Source: Neovahlkampfia damariscottae
Taxonomy: Eukaryota
Direction of reading: 5' to 3'
Assembly: GCA_016618085.1 (NCBI GenBank)
Contig: JABLTG010000118.1
Coordinates: forward strand, 44,696-64,632
Length of the DNA stretch: 19,937 bases
Below, piece after piece: positions 19,500-19,937 of the stretch. Made by a program: the position numbers and the translations under genes. Every line of letters starts with the position of its first letter. Position 1 is the stretch's first letter. The notes below the pieces were generated by a model that was given only the letters and a program-made list of their open reading frames with translations, was not told the origin of the DNA and searched no databases.

Positions 19500-19937
19500 T
19501 TTTGCCAGTTATTTTTAGAATTTTTACTTGAAGTTGTTCAAGTTGAACAAAAAAGACCTTTTGTTCAACTAGAAAATACTGAAAAAGATCTCAAGTATTT
19601 AAAATGTCCAACAGCTCAAATTGGATTCATTTTGGAAAGAAAAAATGTTACTTCAACATCAACAACAGAAGTGATAAAAAAGAGAAAACTTGAAGAAACA
19701 AAAGAAACAGGAAATATGAAATCAACATATAAACAAGGAAAAGATTCGTATCCTTTTTGGTGGACTAAAGAAAAAGAAGACATGCTACAAGTGAAAAGTA
19801 TACCTCCAAGTTCTTCTTCAGTTGACAAGAATATTTGTTGGACAAAAAAGTTGGTAGAACAATCTTCATTAACAGAAGGTGTTTTATTTTCATCAAAAGA
19901 TGTTCCAAAAGAAAACAAACAAGTTGTACACAAAACA
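19500..19937 (+). CDS. Open frame running off the right edge; start uncertain; possible Fanzor2/IS607-TnpB-like N-terminal region
   Basis: Stop-free from 19500 to the end (...EVIKKRKLEETKETGNMKSTYKQGKDSYPFWWTKEKEDMLQVKSIPPSSSSVDKNICWTKKLVEQSSLTEGVLFSSKDVPKENKQVVHKT). First in-frame ATG 19716; an ATG at 19464 plus intron 19467-19508 would also be in frame. The family call rests only on recalled N-terminal motif similarity. Confidence 0.45.

Noticed and set aside
19604..19933. Minus-strand ORF 19616-19933, and the short plus-strand ORF 19604-19693 as an IS607 TnpA remnant
   Set aside because: The first is an antisense shadow of the plus-strand frame; the second (29 aa) shows no serine-recombinase or HTH motif.

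Overview
AT-rich, very gene-dense eukaryotic (protist) nuclear DNA read with the standard code. The fragmented ORF track is explained by 33 tiny GT-AG introns (29-42 nt) that I placed by hand so each gene reads in frame. The style and gene content suggest a heterolobosean-like amoeba, but that is inference. In order, the window holds: the 3' end of an unknown gene; a ~934-aa protein with a C-terminal RUN-like domain; a leishmanolysin/GP63 (M8) protease with a TM helix and a K10/E-block tail; a 132-aa SRF/MADS-like protein absent from the ORF track that lacks the basic DNA-binding segment; a CH-GBD/FH3-FH1-FH2 formin; a 3xWWE + Cys-less UBE2Q-type E2 + UFD1 + zinc-finger protein; a CNNM/DUF21 transporter; frataxin; a DEP-DEP-PH-PAS-RGS-like protein; and a truncated ORF at the right edge resembling a Fanzor2/IS607-TnpB N-terminus. 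Every confidently placed start has a CCAAT box within ~40 nt. All domain calls are by-eye motif matches, not database searches.
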